The notes beneath the pieces were generated by a model. That model had not been told where the DNA came from, searched no databases, and was given only the letters and a program-made list of their open reading frames with translations. DNA of 62,566 bases, the filler included, from Basidiobolus ranarum (lineage: Eukaryota): assembly GCA_040143965.1 (NCBI GenBank). It is 6 parts of 6 records of this genome, joined end to end, with 100 filler letters (N's around TTAATTAATTAA, not from the genome) between each part and the next. Parts side by side here need not be neighbours in the genome. Positions count along the whole stretch, not along the records: positions 20,945 to 31,301 come from JASJQH010000713.1; positions 31,402 to 41,736 come from JASJQH010000715.1; positions 41,837 to 52,154 come from JASJQH010000716.1; 3 more parts are not named here. One strand, given 5' to 3'. How positions within the stretch are numbered: position 1 is the first letter of the stretch; each line of letters begins with the position of its first letter. Shown here piece after piece: positions 28,893-42,794 of the stretch. Position numbers and translations under genes: made by a program.

Positions 28893-29670
28893 TCAAGCTT
28901 TGACATTTAAGATAGCATTAACATCATGTTCTAAAATATCAAAGATGAAGTTAATAAATGTTCCTAGATAAATTCACTATAATCATGAATACTTACCAAT
29001 GCCCGAAACATGTTCTTTGAGTGCCAAGTGCTCAGCATGAATAGTGGACTGAAAAGGGTTAGCATGAATATCAACATGTATTATATCCTTAGTAGATAAT
29101 GCGAAATGAAACATACATATAACTTTCTGAGGTCACTCTTGGTATTTTCGAGTTGCTCATGGGAGGCAGATACAGACTTCAAATTCTTGAGTTCTCTCTC
29201 AACTGTATTGATTTTTTGTACGTACTCTTTGACCTTTGTATATAATATGTAGAATTTGAATCTGAGCAATCTAATATATTTTCCAAGCATATTCAACTTT
29301 CAAACTACCTTATTAGTAGAAGCTTGCAATTCTTCGACAGATTGAAGTAACATGTCAGAGGCATTTTGGTACTCCTCCAAAAGATAATAATAGCCGACAC
29401 CGCCCGCACAGGTTAAACCGAAAAGAAAACCCATAAGCCTATTATAACTTGTCAGTTCCTTGTTTTGACATCTAGTGGTGGTAAAATCATCCAAGCGAAA
29501 ATATCCTTAATAAATATAAATGACTCCTACCCTCCACGGAAGCTTCCGGTTTTCTTAACGACAATCTTTGGGGGAGTAACTACACGTTCGGTGAAACTAG
29601 TGCTTGCTTGTTCTAAGCGAGGCAAAGAAGTAGTGAATCTACGAGTGGCAACTTGACGAAGAGCATTCAT
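28893..29670 (-). CDS. Fungal mitochondrial single-TM coiled-coil protein, unknown function (5 exons)
   Basis: Presequence MNALRQVATRRFTTSLPRL; GSFRGGLMGFLFGLTCAGGVGYYYLLEEY TM segment followed by coiled coil; GT-AG introns. Confidence 0.75.
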
Positions 29671-31078
29671 TCTATAGAGGGATTCTTGTTTCTTTGTGAT
29701 AGATGAAATGGATTAAAAATATTTCACACTTTTCTATACGAAAACTGTCTTTATGAAGTGCATAAACTAAGTACACATGTGAATGTATTCAAGTAGGGCT
29801 AAATATTGCACATCGAATAAATCGATTGGATTCTTTGTTCCAACATTGTCAATGAGGTTTTCCCCAGTTTCCCCATCGCAGTCATCTATAAATTTTAATC
29901 AGGTTGGGGTAAAACAGTGTTTTGGGACTCACCCTACCTGCATGTTACTAATGTCAGAAAAGGTTGAATATTTCTTTTGAGCATACTTCCTTTCACTCAT
30001 ATTTCAATGTGGCGGTTGGGAGATACTTTACAAACACTGTTTGAGTGAGTTGCATATAGAAGCGATACTGAGTTATGTCGATAAGAAGCACGCTTATATG
30101 GCAACATTCTGTCGCCGTATTCACAAACCATGCAGCTCGTGTCTGTGGACGAGCTTTTCATCGGTTGCTGAGCCTACTGAAGGATTTTTTACATCTCACA
30201 CTTCGTTTTCTACCAAGTGTCTAGATGGCATTGGACTTCGAAAGAGCCATTGCGATTATCCAATTTGGATATTTAATTTGGAGAATTCGGCATAAAATAG
30301 AGGATTTGTTGCTTAAAAATCCACTTGAATAAAGAAGTTTTTAGAAATCTAAATTTCAGCAGATGGCTGGAGCGAACTGGACCTCAGATTGGAGAAGGAA
30401 GATGAGTTGATGATAAGGTCAATCCCCCACTGAACAAAATATCGCTACAGCAAATCATATTTATCTACGTTGATCTTTAACTGGACTTGAAATACAGTAA
30501 CTAGGAACATAGTGATTATTACCATCTAAATCAATCCTGTTGCATCCAATCATAGTTCGAAGCGATAAAATGGTTCCATACTGATATTTACGTAAGTAGA
30601 GAGTGGAAGAATCCTGGTTCGAGATGTTTGTAAGCTACTGCGGGGAAGCAACATATGACATCATCGACCAATCGGGAGTGATTATAAAGCTCACAACCTA
30701 GCTCTGTCTAGACCAAGTTAGTACTAGCTTATGTAGAAGATCTTTATTTGTCAAAAACAAAGATTAACTTGGCTTGAAATGGGGTCGATTTCTATACCAG
30801 GCATTTGGTGAAGGGTATTCTAGAGATTCGCTTTTTAAACTCCACATTTAAAAAGTAAATTTTCGAAGGACCCAGTTTGCTGATATATCGATAACCCAAC
30901 CTAGAACCTGGGTTTAAGTTTGAAAGTTTGAGGGAAATCTGAGTATAAAATGAGGTGGAACTGGCATCATTTGTGCTACCATTCCGTTTATCCTTCCGTT
31001 ACTTCATTGACGAGCAGATCGCTTCACACAAGCAAAGCAAGCCTACTGTACTACTATTAATATTATCCTTACGTTACC

Positions 31079-31301
31079 ATGGACAAGTCAAAGAGCCACC
31101 GTCCATACAAGTGCCCAATGTGCGAAAAGGCATTTTATCGGCTAGAGCATCGTACCCGTCATATCCGGATTCATACAGGCGAAAAGCCCCACCAATGCAC
31201 TTTACCAGACTGTGGTAAAAGGTTTTCTAGGTCTGATGAGCTTGTCAGACATCAACGTATTCACAATAAGTCTACGAAGAAACCACGCACTAATAGCCAG
31301 T
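31079..31301 (+). CDS. CreA/Mig1-family C2H2 zinc-finger transcription factor, truncated by contig end
   Basis: [33 protein letters not shown]...[18 protein letters not shown]. Confidence 0.85.
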
Positions 31302-31401
31302 NNNNNNNNNNNNNNNNNNNNNNNNNNNNNNNNNNNNNNNNNNNNTTAATTAATTAANNNNNNNNNNNNNNNNNNNNNNNNNNNNNNNNNNNNNNNNNNN
31401 N
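31302..31401. other. Artificial contig-joining spacer
   Basis: N44-TTAATTAATTAA-N44. Confidence 0.98.
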
Positions 31402-32160
31402 AGACTCTTTATCATTCCTCCTGAATCTTAGGTCTTTGTCAACTTGAGGCCTATAAGTATAGAGCTGGAAAAGAGCACTGACGATCACTAATCCGAAAAG
31501 TCCACCAATCATGGCATATATTTTTCCAGTTGGAGCATAAACAAGAGCCGAAGAGCCGCTCCAGTAGTAGGCTAAGTGTGATTTAAATCCGACTCCAATT
31601 AACTCGTCCAAGGGTAAAATCGTCATATAGCTGCCTAACATCGCACTGTGAAAGATGAAAGTGTACTTCTTGACAAAATACACACTTATCAAGCCTACCA
31701 ATGCTAGAACCGCAACAAATACTTGGGCGATGATATGATTTTGTATAAGGAAGCCTTCACGTACTGACAAAAGGCTGAATCCTAAGGTGATACCACCTAG
31801 GCAACCCAATGGTATACGGGCTAGTTTGCGGAAATAGATCCATATAAATCCTCCCAACAAAGCACTACCAAATACGCTAGGGAATAGAATTCCCAAATCT
31901 TGGATGTGGTTTGTCTCCTTGACACAGATGAATGCAACTAATCCCCACATCACTCCACTAGCTAGTACAGTGGTCACACGATAGGAGTATTGACTAAGAA
32001 AGCAAAAGTAAATTCCAATCACTAATGAAACAAAAGTGAATACAACAGTGGGAATGTCGACGGGAGTTTCAGAGAAGATTCCTTGTGCTGTTACAGTTGG
32101 GAGGATTAATAGAATCGAGCATAGAAAACGTTCGAGAATGATCCGTTGTTTGTTTATCAT
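31402..32160 (-). CDS. DUF4203 (TMEM198/TM7S3-like) membrane protein, C-terminus truncated
   Basis: Signal peptide then about 7 TM helices; GxxGG repeats, FHSAMLGSY motif; paralog of 32802-33569. Confidence 0.75.
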
Positions 32161-32801
32161 GGTTTATGCTGGTTTAAAATTAGAGAAATGGGTAGCCAAC
32201 TTTTTGATTTTTCAAAATGAAACGTAGGTTACTTTTATACTATTACTATCACTACCATGCTAGCAACAGTGTATTCTTGGCGCGATCAGAAAAATGCCAA
32301 GAATCATTTTTATGGTAGATTTGTTCGACTTAAACTAGTTTGCTACTACAGTTAATATGTAGCATGATCATAGTGTAGTGGCTAGAATATTAAAGAACGA
32401 TCATCAACATTTATTTCAGCCTAAACAAGTCATTCGCAAATTTCAACCATGTCATTCTATTAGTAGCCAAGTCGTTAATAAGTGAATACTCTGAGTCAGA
32501 TAGTTGAATGTTCTCTAGCCTCTTCTTCCCAAATGTGTGGATGATGGAGAGTAGGTTAATCTTAATATGCGTTGAAGAATACTATCCCTGAAACATTAGT
32601 GCCTCCAAACCTACTACTCAATATCTGGTTAGGAAACAAACTACGTCTCCAAGCATTGAAGGCTTAGATATTCAAAATTTCTTGATTAGTTCTGCATTCG
32701 AGCCAAGCCGAGATATCCTGAATTAACTTGGAATATAAGTAGCTATTAGAGCCTTAGGTGTCTGTAGCCTATTGTTGCATTATTACGTGCCACTATTAGA
32801 T

Positions 32802-33569
32802 ATGTTCTGCTTGGCCATTCACGGGGTATCTACTTATTTCCTATTCTTCATTCTTGCAGGGTCATCCTGGGCGGCTCCTGATATCCCTGGGTTGCCGGTT
32901 GATCTTCCTACGAAACCTGGAGATTATACTATCACACCACAACCATCCGTGATAGCAACGATCAGGATCATAGTGGGGTTCTTCTTCTGCTTCTTAGGAC
33001 AACGATTCTTCAAACTTGTGTTATTCTTTGCTGGGTTTGTCACTGTTGGGTTTGTTGCGTATATTGTCTGTTACAAAATTGCTCCACCAACCACATCCTC
33101 TAAGGCCACCATATACTTAGTGGTATCAATAATCAGCGGCATCATTGGTGGATTACTGTTTGCTTGTCTTTGGAAATTGGGATTGATAGCCATTGGAGGA
33201 TTGGGTGGATTCGCACTCAGTATGTTGATACTGTCACTCAAAGACGGATTATTAATTAGTAACTCCACAGCACGCTATATTTTCATCGCCGTATTTGTTA
33301 TAATTGGAATGATGCTGATCCTCTTTTTTGAAAAACCTCTACTTATATTGGGAACAGCAATCACTGGCTCCTATTCTCTTGTAGTTGGTATCGATTATTT
33401 TGCACGCACTGGATTCACCCAACAGCTTGTAGATTTTCTAAATGGAAGTGGGCAAGTGTTCTATCATACTACGGGGGCTGTCTATGGCATGATAGCTACG
33501 TTGGTAGTGTTATTTATTATCGGCTCTGTCGTTCAATTCAAAACCTATCATGGTAGGAACGAGAAATAA
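32802..33569 (+). CDS. DUF4203 (TMEM198/TM7S3-like) membrane protein
   Basis: Signal peptide; GFFFCFLGQRFFKLVLFFAGF, GGLGGF, GTAITGSYSLVVGIDYF, GSVVQ motifs. Confidence 0.85.
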   Translation: MFCLAIHGVSTYFLFFILAGSSWAAPDIPGLPVDLPTKPGDYTITPQPSVIATIRIIVGFFFCFLGQRFFKLVLFFAGFVTVGFVAYIVCYKIAPPTTSSKATIYLVVSIISGIIGGLLFACLWKLGLIAIGGLGGFALSMLILSLKDGLLISNSTARYIFIAVFVIIGMMLILFFEKPLLILGTAITGSYSLVVGIDYFARTGFTQQLVDFLNGSGQVFYHTTGAVYGMIATLVVLFIIGSVVQFKTYHGRNEK

Positions 33570-35715
33570 TAGGACATACACTTCAATTTATTTACAACTG
33601 ATCCTACCAGTTACGTCGCACTATTCTCCAACAATCTTTTCATTTTATATACATGGAGGAAACGACATTCGGGGCTAACTTTAATAGCGTAGTAATTTCT
33701 ATTCATGTAAATATCACTCACAGTTCACATTCAGTTAAAAGGCAGTCTGAGTTTACCAACCATTTAGTACATTCCAGCCTTGCTCTTGATTTACAATATC
33801 GCTCCCTAGGATTCATGGGATTTATATCCACTATATGAAAATAAAGTATATTTAAGGACATAGTAGGTAGCTGTACTTTTTCTCACCTCATGAGCCAATC
33901 AAACAAGATATCGCTCGACCAACTTGGATTAGGCATATACATCTCCACATAAAGAAGTCTCAATCATACTACTGATGTCTATAAACTCTACAATGGAGGG
34001 CTAAATCTCTTAGCTTGCACACGTACACTTAATGCCAATTCATGCAAGATTTTAATCACACAACAGGCCTCAACCGAAACCTTGGTAAATTATTGATGTC
34101 ACATGGCAAGGGCATTTGGGGAACGTCCATTGAGCTTGAATTCGACCTCATACATTATGGAAGGAGGGCAGAGACTTGAAGTCACTAAATATGGGAGAAA
34201 CTTAATAACACTTGAATGTATGTGATCATATTTCCCTGCGGATTACTCTGCTTCTGGAACAGCCAGCCATCACCACACATTGCTTACCGTCAGTGACGTC
34301 AATGATCCACCACTATACTATACTGAGAAGTGCTTTCAGGGATAATGTTGGGCCAATATTTCTGCTGAGTCATTGAGAAAAATTATTCATGCTCTATAAT
34401 CTCAACGAGTTCATTGAACCAAACTATGTGCTGGATTAACTGCAAGAACCACGACGTTTTAAATGAAAAAGTGCTGGAGACTACTCGTATTCGAATCTCA
34501 ACATAAGAATCGCGCATGTACAATAGTATCACTCAATGAATCGTGGCCACCTAGAGCATTGGTCAGTCATGGGTTCTGTGTGTTGGTTGTCTGTTGAGTG
34601 AAGTAGCCGCTAGCATTTCAAACGATCCTTGAATACTTTGATGTGATAGTGTGCCAGATCCAACAGGCCTACAAGTACGAAGGACTCGTGCAAGGCTAGT
34701 ATGGAAACGGATTAATGATTGAGACCTATTTCATATATATTCTTGATGTTTACTTACCATTAGAGGTCATGCCGTTTTTCTAAGACCATATCAGGAGCTG
34801 GCGATACCAAGTGATCAATTTTCCAAGCTTCTAACTACCCCCTCTTTAATTTTCCTGGATCCAAACAAAAGCTCCATCGCCCATCCTCTCAAATAACAAA
34901 GCTCCTTAAACATCATCATAACAAAAATTGAACATCCAAATGTAAGGATACTACTGATGAATAGGTTCCTCTAAACGAGTGCTTCTGGGAGAGAGATCTC
35001 CCGTCAATATGTAAAATCCCTTATAGCCTGCTACAGAAAGCAAGTATATATCCCGCTATTGGAACGAAACTAACCATTCTTCGGTTTAAATACTTGTAGC
35101 TTAGAACCTATAATGGTTAAGCTGCCTTGTACAACTTGCTCTGTGGACACTGTTAGATAGCTAGTGATTGTCAAAGTATCTATCCAACAAATACTACCTG
35201 ATGTCATCTAGCTGGTTAGATCAGGTTAGAAATAGAAGCATTTTAATAAGTCTAGTCAGTTCAGCTGGTTACGAAGTCTTGTTAAGATTCAGAACCAAGG
35301 TCACCAATTCCTATAGAACAAGCGCATCACTAGGGTTGGTTGACGTTCCAAGGTTGAATAGATCCTAGTTTAAAGGAGGAAAACTCTGACACCTTTAGTA
35401 TTGGATCTCAATAAATAACAGATCCGATCACTCTACTCTAGAGGTCCCCGACCCAACCTTGAAATAACCAATCATAAGACACTGATAATATGTTCAGTAG
35501 GTCCTTCCCTCCAATAAACCGATTTAAATTGAATGAGTGAAATAGTTGCAATTCACTGGCACTTACATCTTTGGAAATATGAAATTTCCGGTATATTTAC
35601 CACCTGATATATTCATATAAAAGGAAATGGTGCCCTAAGGTTCGCTCATATCATAAGCATCAGTCACTATTTCAATTCCTTCTTCTACTTTGCTAAAGAT
35701 TTCTTGTTTCTTGTA

Positions 35716-36705
35716 ATGCCACATTCCACCATCGAGATCATTTTTAATAATCCTTACATGGCGCTTTATGGGCATCCTTCCACTTCTGCTGGCAAGGCAC
35801 TAAAGGGCATCGTGGTGATGCGATTCAAACGACCCGCTAAAATAAAGTCACTGACCCTGAGATTGGAAGGAGAAAGTGACATCAATTGGATTTACAGTAC
35901 GGCGTTGTTGAACAGCAAGTGTCGATTTAAAGAAAAACTGCTGGACCAAACTTTAACCATCTTAGAGCCAAATGAAGAGATGTACACGATGCCAGCAGGG
36001 GTATCAAAATTCCCATTTGAGTTCGCCATTGATGGGGATATGATGGAGACGATCAAGACCCAAGTGGTCAAGTGTGACTACTCTCTTACCGCTACAGCTG
36101 AGAGGCCCCATTTTCAACCAAAATTATCCATCAAGAAGCCGGTTTTAGTGAAACGTTTCTTTCAACATAATGATGACCCGATAGTAGCCTACGACACTAT
36201 TCCCAATGTCCTGAGCATCGAGTTTTTCGCTCAGAAGAAAGTCTACGGATTTGGGGATATCATCCCTATACACGTTCGTTGCTTACCTTTAGGAAATACC
36301 ACTAATGTATGTCTAAGGATTAACTCGGCGATCAAAGAAATCACCACATTTCGAAAGCCGAAAAGCAACAAGACCAACGTTCAAAAGAAGTGGCACCGTG
36401 TGGTGTTTGAAAATGATTTCTCCAACGCAACTGAGCGAGAAGTTATTATGCCTATACAATCTAACGACATACAATTCGATTGCGACAATATCTTTATGGA
36501 AACCAGGCATGAAATTGTACTGAGGGTCGAAGCTAAACACCATGCACAGACATTGACGCACTTCATTAAGATCCCTGTTATTATACTCTCTGACACAGTT
36601 GACCGGATTTTTGAAGTCTTGCCCCCATACTATACACTTGAGGAACATTTCCCTAATGTCCCGCCACCCTCCTACTCCCAGAGCAACATTGCTCTTGTAG
36701 TGTAA
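35716..36705 (+). CDS. Alpha-arrestin (arrestin N/C domains with PY motifs)
   Basis: LKGIVVMRFKRPAKIKSLTLRLEG, FPFEF, YSLTATAERP, and C-terminal LPPY and PPPSY; TATAAAA at about 35616. Confidence 0.85.
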   Translation: MPHSTIEIIFNNPYMALYGHPSTSAGKALKGIVVMRFKRPAKIKSLTLRLEGESDINWIYSTALLNSKCRFKEKLLDQTLTILEPNEEMYTMPAGVSKFPFEFAIDGDMMETIKTQVVKCDYSLTATAERPHFQPKLSIKKPVLVKRFFQHNDDPIVAYDTIPNVLSIEFFAQKKVYGFGDIIPIHVRCLPLGNTTNVCLRINSAIKEITTFRKPKSNKTNVQKKWHRVVFENDFSNATEREVIMPIQSNDIQFDCDNIFMETRHEIVLRVEAKHHAQTLTHFIKIPVIILSDTVDRIFEVLPPYYTLEEHFPNVPPPSYSQSNIALVV

Positions 36706-39700
36706 CTTCCACAGCCCTTGACCTCTTAGCCACTTGAACATCAACTCTGCTTCAAAATATGGATTGTAAATATCACCACACGCATCTCCAAGTAAAGAAA
36801 ACCAATAAATTTATTCCAACTGTGTTTTTCGTATGAATTATATGAAATATCTGCATCATCTTTGACTCTTCTATGGTTTTCTCATACTCGGAACATTCCC
36901 AGGAAACTGTTGGATAGTCAAAGTGGAATTATTAAATTCGATCCAATCCACCTTTCGATACATTATTTGACTTGTTTGAAAAATATCCATTACCACTATC
37001 GGGGAAACTTTTCGATGGTTTCTTTAAGATTCTTGTTGAATCCATAGGACTGCTGTCACCAAAACCTTTTAAATAGACCGTGAGATTTTGGGTCGGTCAT
37101 ATGATTGGTGAGGAAATGACCAATGGTTGCCACTCCATTCTTATGGGAATTTTTTGTTGAAATCCACACATGAGACTCATAGACTATTTGAGTGACTTTT
37201 TCCTAGGAACCTTCCGTGTAACAGAGGTGCCATAACTGTCATAGGGCATGCCGCAAATAAGCCCTGTCCTGGAAAATCAGAGCGTCCGTCAGTAGTATAT
37301 TATAGTGTATCAAAGAAGCGGATGAGCTCAGGAAATATTCACATCTTTACCGTGATATGCTTACTTGTGCTTATTAGCGTCTAGAAATCATCCGAATTTC
37401 CGGAATTCGCTGGTTAAATACAGGTAAACGATGAACAATGTAGAGGGTAAAAAAGCGAATGTCGCTAGTAAATATGATTGATAATGACATAGCCAAATGA
37501 ATAAGGCCCTTCTCCAATCAAGTGTGACGCATCCAGAGTAATAACTAGATCAGTGTAATGCCTCCATATGATTTTAGTGGGTTTCGTAGGAATCCCTAAT
37601 TTCCGTGACTAGGATTTCATTTGATAGCAATGAAATTCGAGGCTAAAGGTTCATTATAGCTCCCAATGGGGATATCTCTTTATCGCCTGGCTGTTGCGTA
37701 ATCGATACGCCGATCAGTTCGCCTTGGGCGTCAGAAATCAAATCATACTCGCCGAGCACCGAGCGCCGATTACCTAAGAGCTTTGAGTCACCCTGTAGCG
37801 CAATATTCAACTTGAGGTTGCACTAGTGAAATTAGCATTAATGTCAAATTTGATGGTAAATGGCCATAAAAGTTCCAAGTTGACAACGCCCTTCTATGAG
37901 GATAAAACCTGCAGCTGGGAGTATAAAACTTCCTACCGAGTGCTTGTTGGTTTCTGCCACCGATTTGGCTGGTTCCAGAACTATCTCGTATATATTGAAA
38001 TAGTTCTCTATATTTGGGGGGAGCGTGATCTCAACACACTAACCATCGTGCTAGGAAAATTGACCAAATTGCATGAACCGAATCAAGGCTCGTGTGAATG
38101 TGAATTAAAGTGACATGGGATCAGATATCAAGAAGTTGAAAATATCTGAATGAAAAGTGCGATTGGATGTAATTGTGACGTTAGAGTTACAATTATTGAC
38201 AGATACAGTTGTTTGCACTAATAAACTGGAAAAGCAAAACTTAACCAAGTATTGCCCACACACCTGTGGCGAAGTTGGAGATTAATCTTTCAGTCAGCAG
38301 TACAATTTGGCTTGATATTGTAATGCTAGGAGATAGTTAGTGCGTAGGGCTTTAAAACGTTGGAATGGAGTAGCAGCCCCACATGATTGGGATGCTCTAC
38401 TAAGAGTCTCAGTGATTCTGCTGATTCAGCCAATACTGGTAAAGAAATGGGACAGTAAATAACCTGTTGATGTAAAGAGCTACTACCAAGCATTACCAAC
38501 TGGCCATAGAATAATCCTCATTATTGTATGACACACCCACAAAATGTGGGATCTCGTTGCAATTATTCCCTTGACTTTGGAAACCTATGTGTACCGGTAC
38601 TTGCAGACTATATAGTATTGACTAATATTCTTCTACAGCCAGGACTCTTCAGAGTTGTTGTCACTATGATATGATCACTAGTGAGTATTTAATGATTCCG
38701 GTGAATGACGTCCAAGTGTCCTTACACTATCACATTGAATATTTCATTCTTTAATTGAGTGAGTTTGCTTGCCGAAATATTGTTACCGGATTTACTCTTG
38801 AGTTGGAAGTGTTTTACTTTGCTGATACTAAGGTTGTATCCGAACCCCAATCTCATTTGTAATACAAACTTTATAAGCGTGTAGAATATGCAGTAAACAG
38901 GATTGGATATACTTGTACCATCGGACCAGGGGCTATTAAGCCGTGGCTCGGCACACTAATTTCCATCTCATATCCTCGATCCTGCTATGTTTCAAGTAAT
39001 GTTGATTTAGAGTTTCATTTAGAGCATCAACAATAAAAATTCTTGGAATCTACCAGTAATCGAACATTCAATAGCACTAACGATACCGGTATTTGATGTT
39101 TATAAACATGAGGGAATTGGCTAAAAGGCAGTAAAAACTTCAGACAAAAGTAGTACTTTTTTGGAATCTAAGAAACCAGGAATGATGTATATATAATATG
39201 CGATATTCGAAGTTCCATGGTCAAAGTTGAAATAGCTGTCAACTTGTATGAAAGTGTCTGTATCTCAATGCTTTCAATACCAACTAAGTTGTTTGCACTA
39301 ATTTCTACTTTGGAGATATTAGACAGATACCAAATAATTCAGCTATTCAATATATGGAAATATTCTCAAGACAGCCTAGCTAACAGTCACTCTGTTAAGT
39401 TTACCATAGAATTTCAGCAATTACTCGCTCATTAGCTCCCTAGAGTATCCTATTGAGATCTCTTCATTGACAAGAATACACTCACACTCTGAGTTCTTAG
39501 ATGACCCAATCTCCCAATATACTTGGATTTATAGAATCTGCAATCATATGGTTGATATGCATTGGATGCGTGGTTAGGATTTAAGTGCCTGGCAACATAT
39601 ATAAGGACAATTGAAAAAGATGTTACTAAAATTCTAGGTACATGGTAAACATTCAACTGCGTGAACGTTGTTAAAGATATTGGACCTGACTTATCTCGAT

Positions 39701-40425
39701 TACGCAGAATATTTATCTCGCAGTCCAAGACACACTATATGTGCCAATGAGCTCTTAAACTATATAGATAAAATATGTATCATTGTTCTTACATTATAGC
39801 AGTTACAAATATTCAAGTAAATTGGGTGTTTACAATGAGTATGATTTTCCAATACTACTTTATGGAAAGTAAATATTCCTACTTGGGTTGGAAATAAAAA
39901 AACATCAGTATCACTCTATTGCTAGAGTATTAAAAAAACTTGGGAAACTTTTGAGGGCCTTAGGCAAGTTTGAAATTTTGACTTCTCAGATTTTCTATAT
40001 TTCAATATTAACCAGGATCAAATATGCTAAACATGACATAGAAACACTGAAGCACTTAACTGTAATATTAGAGTAAACTCCGTGTCTACAAAAGGGGTGA
40101 ATATTTCTGAGTTATACTGAGCAGAAGGTATGAACTCTTGGAACTTTCTTAGCCACAAGCAATGAATATTTAGAGTGCAGATTTGAATAAATATAGAACT
40201 TGAGAATGGTGGGGAGTTGCTACGTTATGACAGATATCAAACTGCTTAGCATTGGTAACTTGTTTGCTCAAGCTACTTGTTCCAAGTGAATATATTCCAA
40301 CTGGCTAGAGAAACACAAATCGGATAATAAGATAAGAATTATGTAGCTAGTCAGATTTAATGACTAGTTGATAAAACAGTTATATCAAGAATGGAATGAT
40401 GTATAGAAAAAAGATAGTTAATTAG

Positions 40426-40753
40426 TGCTGAAATTAACATATCTTAAACATCTATATAGTTGTATATAGCCAATTATTTAGTTATTCCATTTTCACTAAG
40501 ATATCACCTACTACTCTCAAGAGGAATTTACTTAGAATATTGATGCCAACTTAGAAATTTGAATCTATATAGATTTTTCAAACTTGCCCTAGAGGCCCCA
40601 AACTTTGCACACATGCTCCTGGAGCATTTATTAGCACATTCTGCATGTTTTTTTACCCAACTATAAATGTCAATTCAATAAAGCAACAAGTGAAACCATC
40701 ACTGCTTTCTTGTTCTCCAAACCACTTTCAATAACTCCCAAAATACTTCAACA
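40426..40753. mobile_element. Solo LTR
   Basis: TGCTGAAATT...TTCAACA, 328 bp, flanked by ATTAG/GTTAG (5-bp TSD with one mismatch). Confidence 0.8.
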
Positions 40754-41736
40754 GTTAGCAGATGTAGTTAGTTGTTAGATAGATAAAATGGATTGATGAT
40801 GTAATAGACATTCACTATGCTATCAGTTGGATAATCAAGGATAGGCAAGAAGAAACAGTTAGCAGAGACTAACATTAGAAATTTGATTCAGTATATATAA
40901 TTATCTTGCAATAATCCCATACTTGGTAGATACCATTTTCCCATAATATTATTGAATTTATCTCAGGACTCAGCCAAAAATGATGACAGAGATGCTCAAG
41001 AAGCTATTGTAGCTATATAGTGTCTCCTTAATAAAAGATATGCCTTTTCCATCTCATCACATCTTGATTGTTAGAACAGTGGTGCCAATATTGATTATAC
41101 TGCTAAGCATTTCCTTGAGCAAGTAGGATCAAGTATACGAACAATGACGGAAAGCTTAGTACCTCATGATTAGTCCAAGGCCTAGATTCGAAAATAAACT
41201 ATTCCGAATTGTTTGATTCAGCAAATTTGGATCAACTAAACACCAAAATGTGTCTATGAATCGTTGCGATTTCACATATGGTAATTATGTCATCATTAAA
41301 GATCAAGATGGGAGGTGATATGATAGTGAGCGTTATGAAAAACCGGCTGAATTGTATTGTTGATAACAAATGACATAACGTTGCATTAGAGTACACAAAA
41401 TAGAATAAGTGTTAATAACAGATACAGAAGTCTACAGAGTACAGTAGCCCCGCAGCTATCATAGTAGAAATGGAGCAATTAACTATTTTATGAGTAAAAG
41501 TCCTATTTGGAACTCTTTACAATTAATAGCTTGAAAGACGCTGAGTTAATAAAAGAACGAGTAAAGCAAAACGGGGACAGTACAATGTGAGTTGTCGAGT
41601 CAGTTCTTTGACAAGATATTAGAATCTATCACCTCTATTTTCCATGGTTACTAATACTCCTCGGTAATTATTTCACGATAAATATTTATTTTTTCGATAT
41701 TTTTCAACCGCCCCAAAACAAAAGTTAACTAACCGG

Positions 41737-41836
41737 NNNNNNNNNNNNNNNNNNNNNNNNNNNNNNNNNNNNNNNNNNNNTTAATTAATTAANNNNNNNN
41801 NNNNNNNNNNNNNNNNNNNNNNNNNNNNNNNNNNNN
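41737..41836. other. Artificial contig-joining spacer
   Basis: N44-TTAATTAATTAA-N44. Confidence 0.98.
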
Positions 41837-42508
41837 GTGGCTTTGGTTTGCTTAGATTTCTCACTTCCTTTCTTGTCGCCCTTTTTTACTTTAGGCTGGA
41901 CATTCGGAGCTTCCAAACTAACAGTAATGTTTTCTAAACCTGCCTTGGAGATATCGGTACTATGCTGAATGAGATCAACCCATCGGAAGAGATTACATAA
42001 TCCAGGTTGAGCAGGCTTAGGAAGTTTGAAAGCGAAAGGATAGATACGAACAAAGGCAACTAAGTCAGCAACAGTAAGATAATCGGCAACTAGATATGTT
42101 CGAGTCGCAAGGTATTCGTTCAGAGTCTATAATAACATAAGCAAGAAAGCTCTAGCAGTTGAAATATCACTGGAAAGTGGAAAAACAAGTTTCATACTCT
42201 AGCAAGCTCGTTCAGTTGATGGGGTTCAACAACAGTATCTTCAAGCCACTTTTCAACCTCAGTTTGTGTAGGCGCTTCCTTACCAACCGCTTCGTGGCCA
42301 TAATTAGCGGCAATTCGAAGGCAAATTGCGTTGATATCAGTTATGCCATCAAAATGGGAAGACTAAAATAACATTAGTACTAGAATAACTCAGAGCTACA
42401 GCAGATATGTACCTCAGTATCTGTTTCCTCGAATTTGGAGTCGGGGATATAATGAACAGCTACAAAACGAGTAACTTTGTCAGTTTTAGCAATTAAAAGT
42501 TTGGACAT
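41837..42508 (-). CDS. GST-C-like domain protein, probably Arc1p/AIMP-type tRNA-synthetase cofactor; truncated by contig edge
   Basis: Three exons: ...LNEYLATRTYLVADYLTVADL...NLFRWVDLIQ followed by a Lys-rich linker KVKKGDKKGSEKSKQ. Confidence 0.65.
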
Positions 42509-42794
42509 TCTTCGGTACCTAAGAAATGAAACAAGTGAATATGTAGTATTTATACATTCACACGTTCATTGAAGTTGGCTACCGCAGTTATGTTATCGAT
42601 TGGGATGACCTATTCTGTCGATTGGGCTGGCTGCAGTGACTTGTGTGAATTATCTCATAATCAAAACGTGACGAATTTTATAATTAAATCCTTCACAAAT
42701 CAAAACCTTGAATTGGGGATAGAAAACGAATTTTTGAATAAACTACAGGGTAACCATTTAGAACTGCCTTATTCCAATACAAAAATTTCAGACT

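Noticed and set aside
36800-40400. Long gene-free region with a GC-rich CCGA patch at about 37700, considered as an ncRNA or promoter
   Set aside because: No tRNA cloverleaf, snRNA or snoRNA boxes, or ORF that I could support
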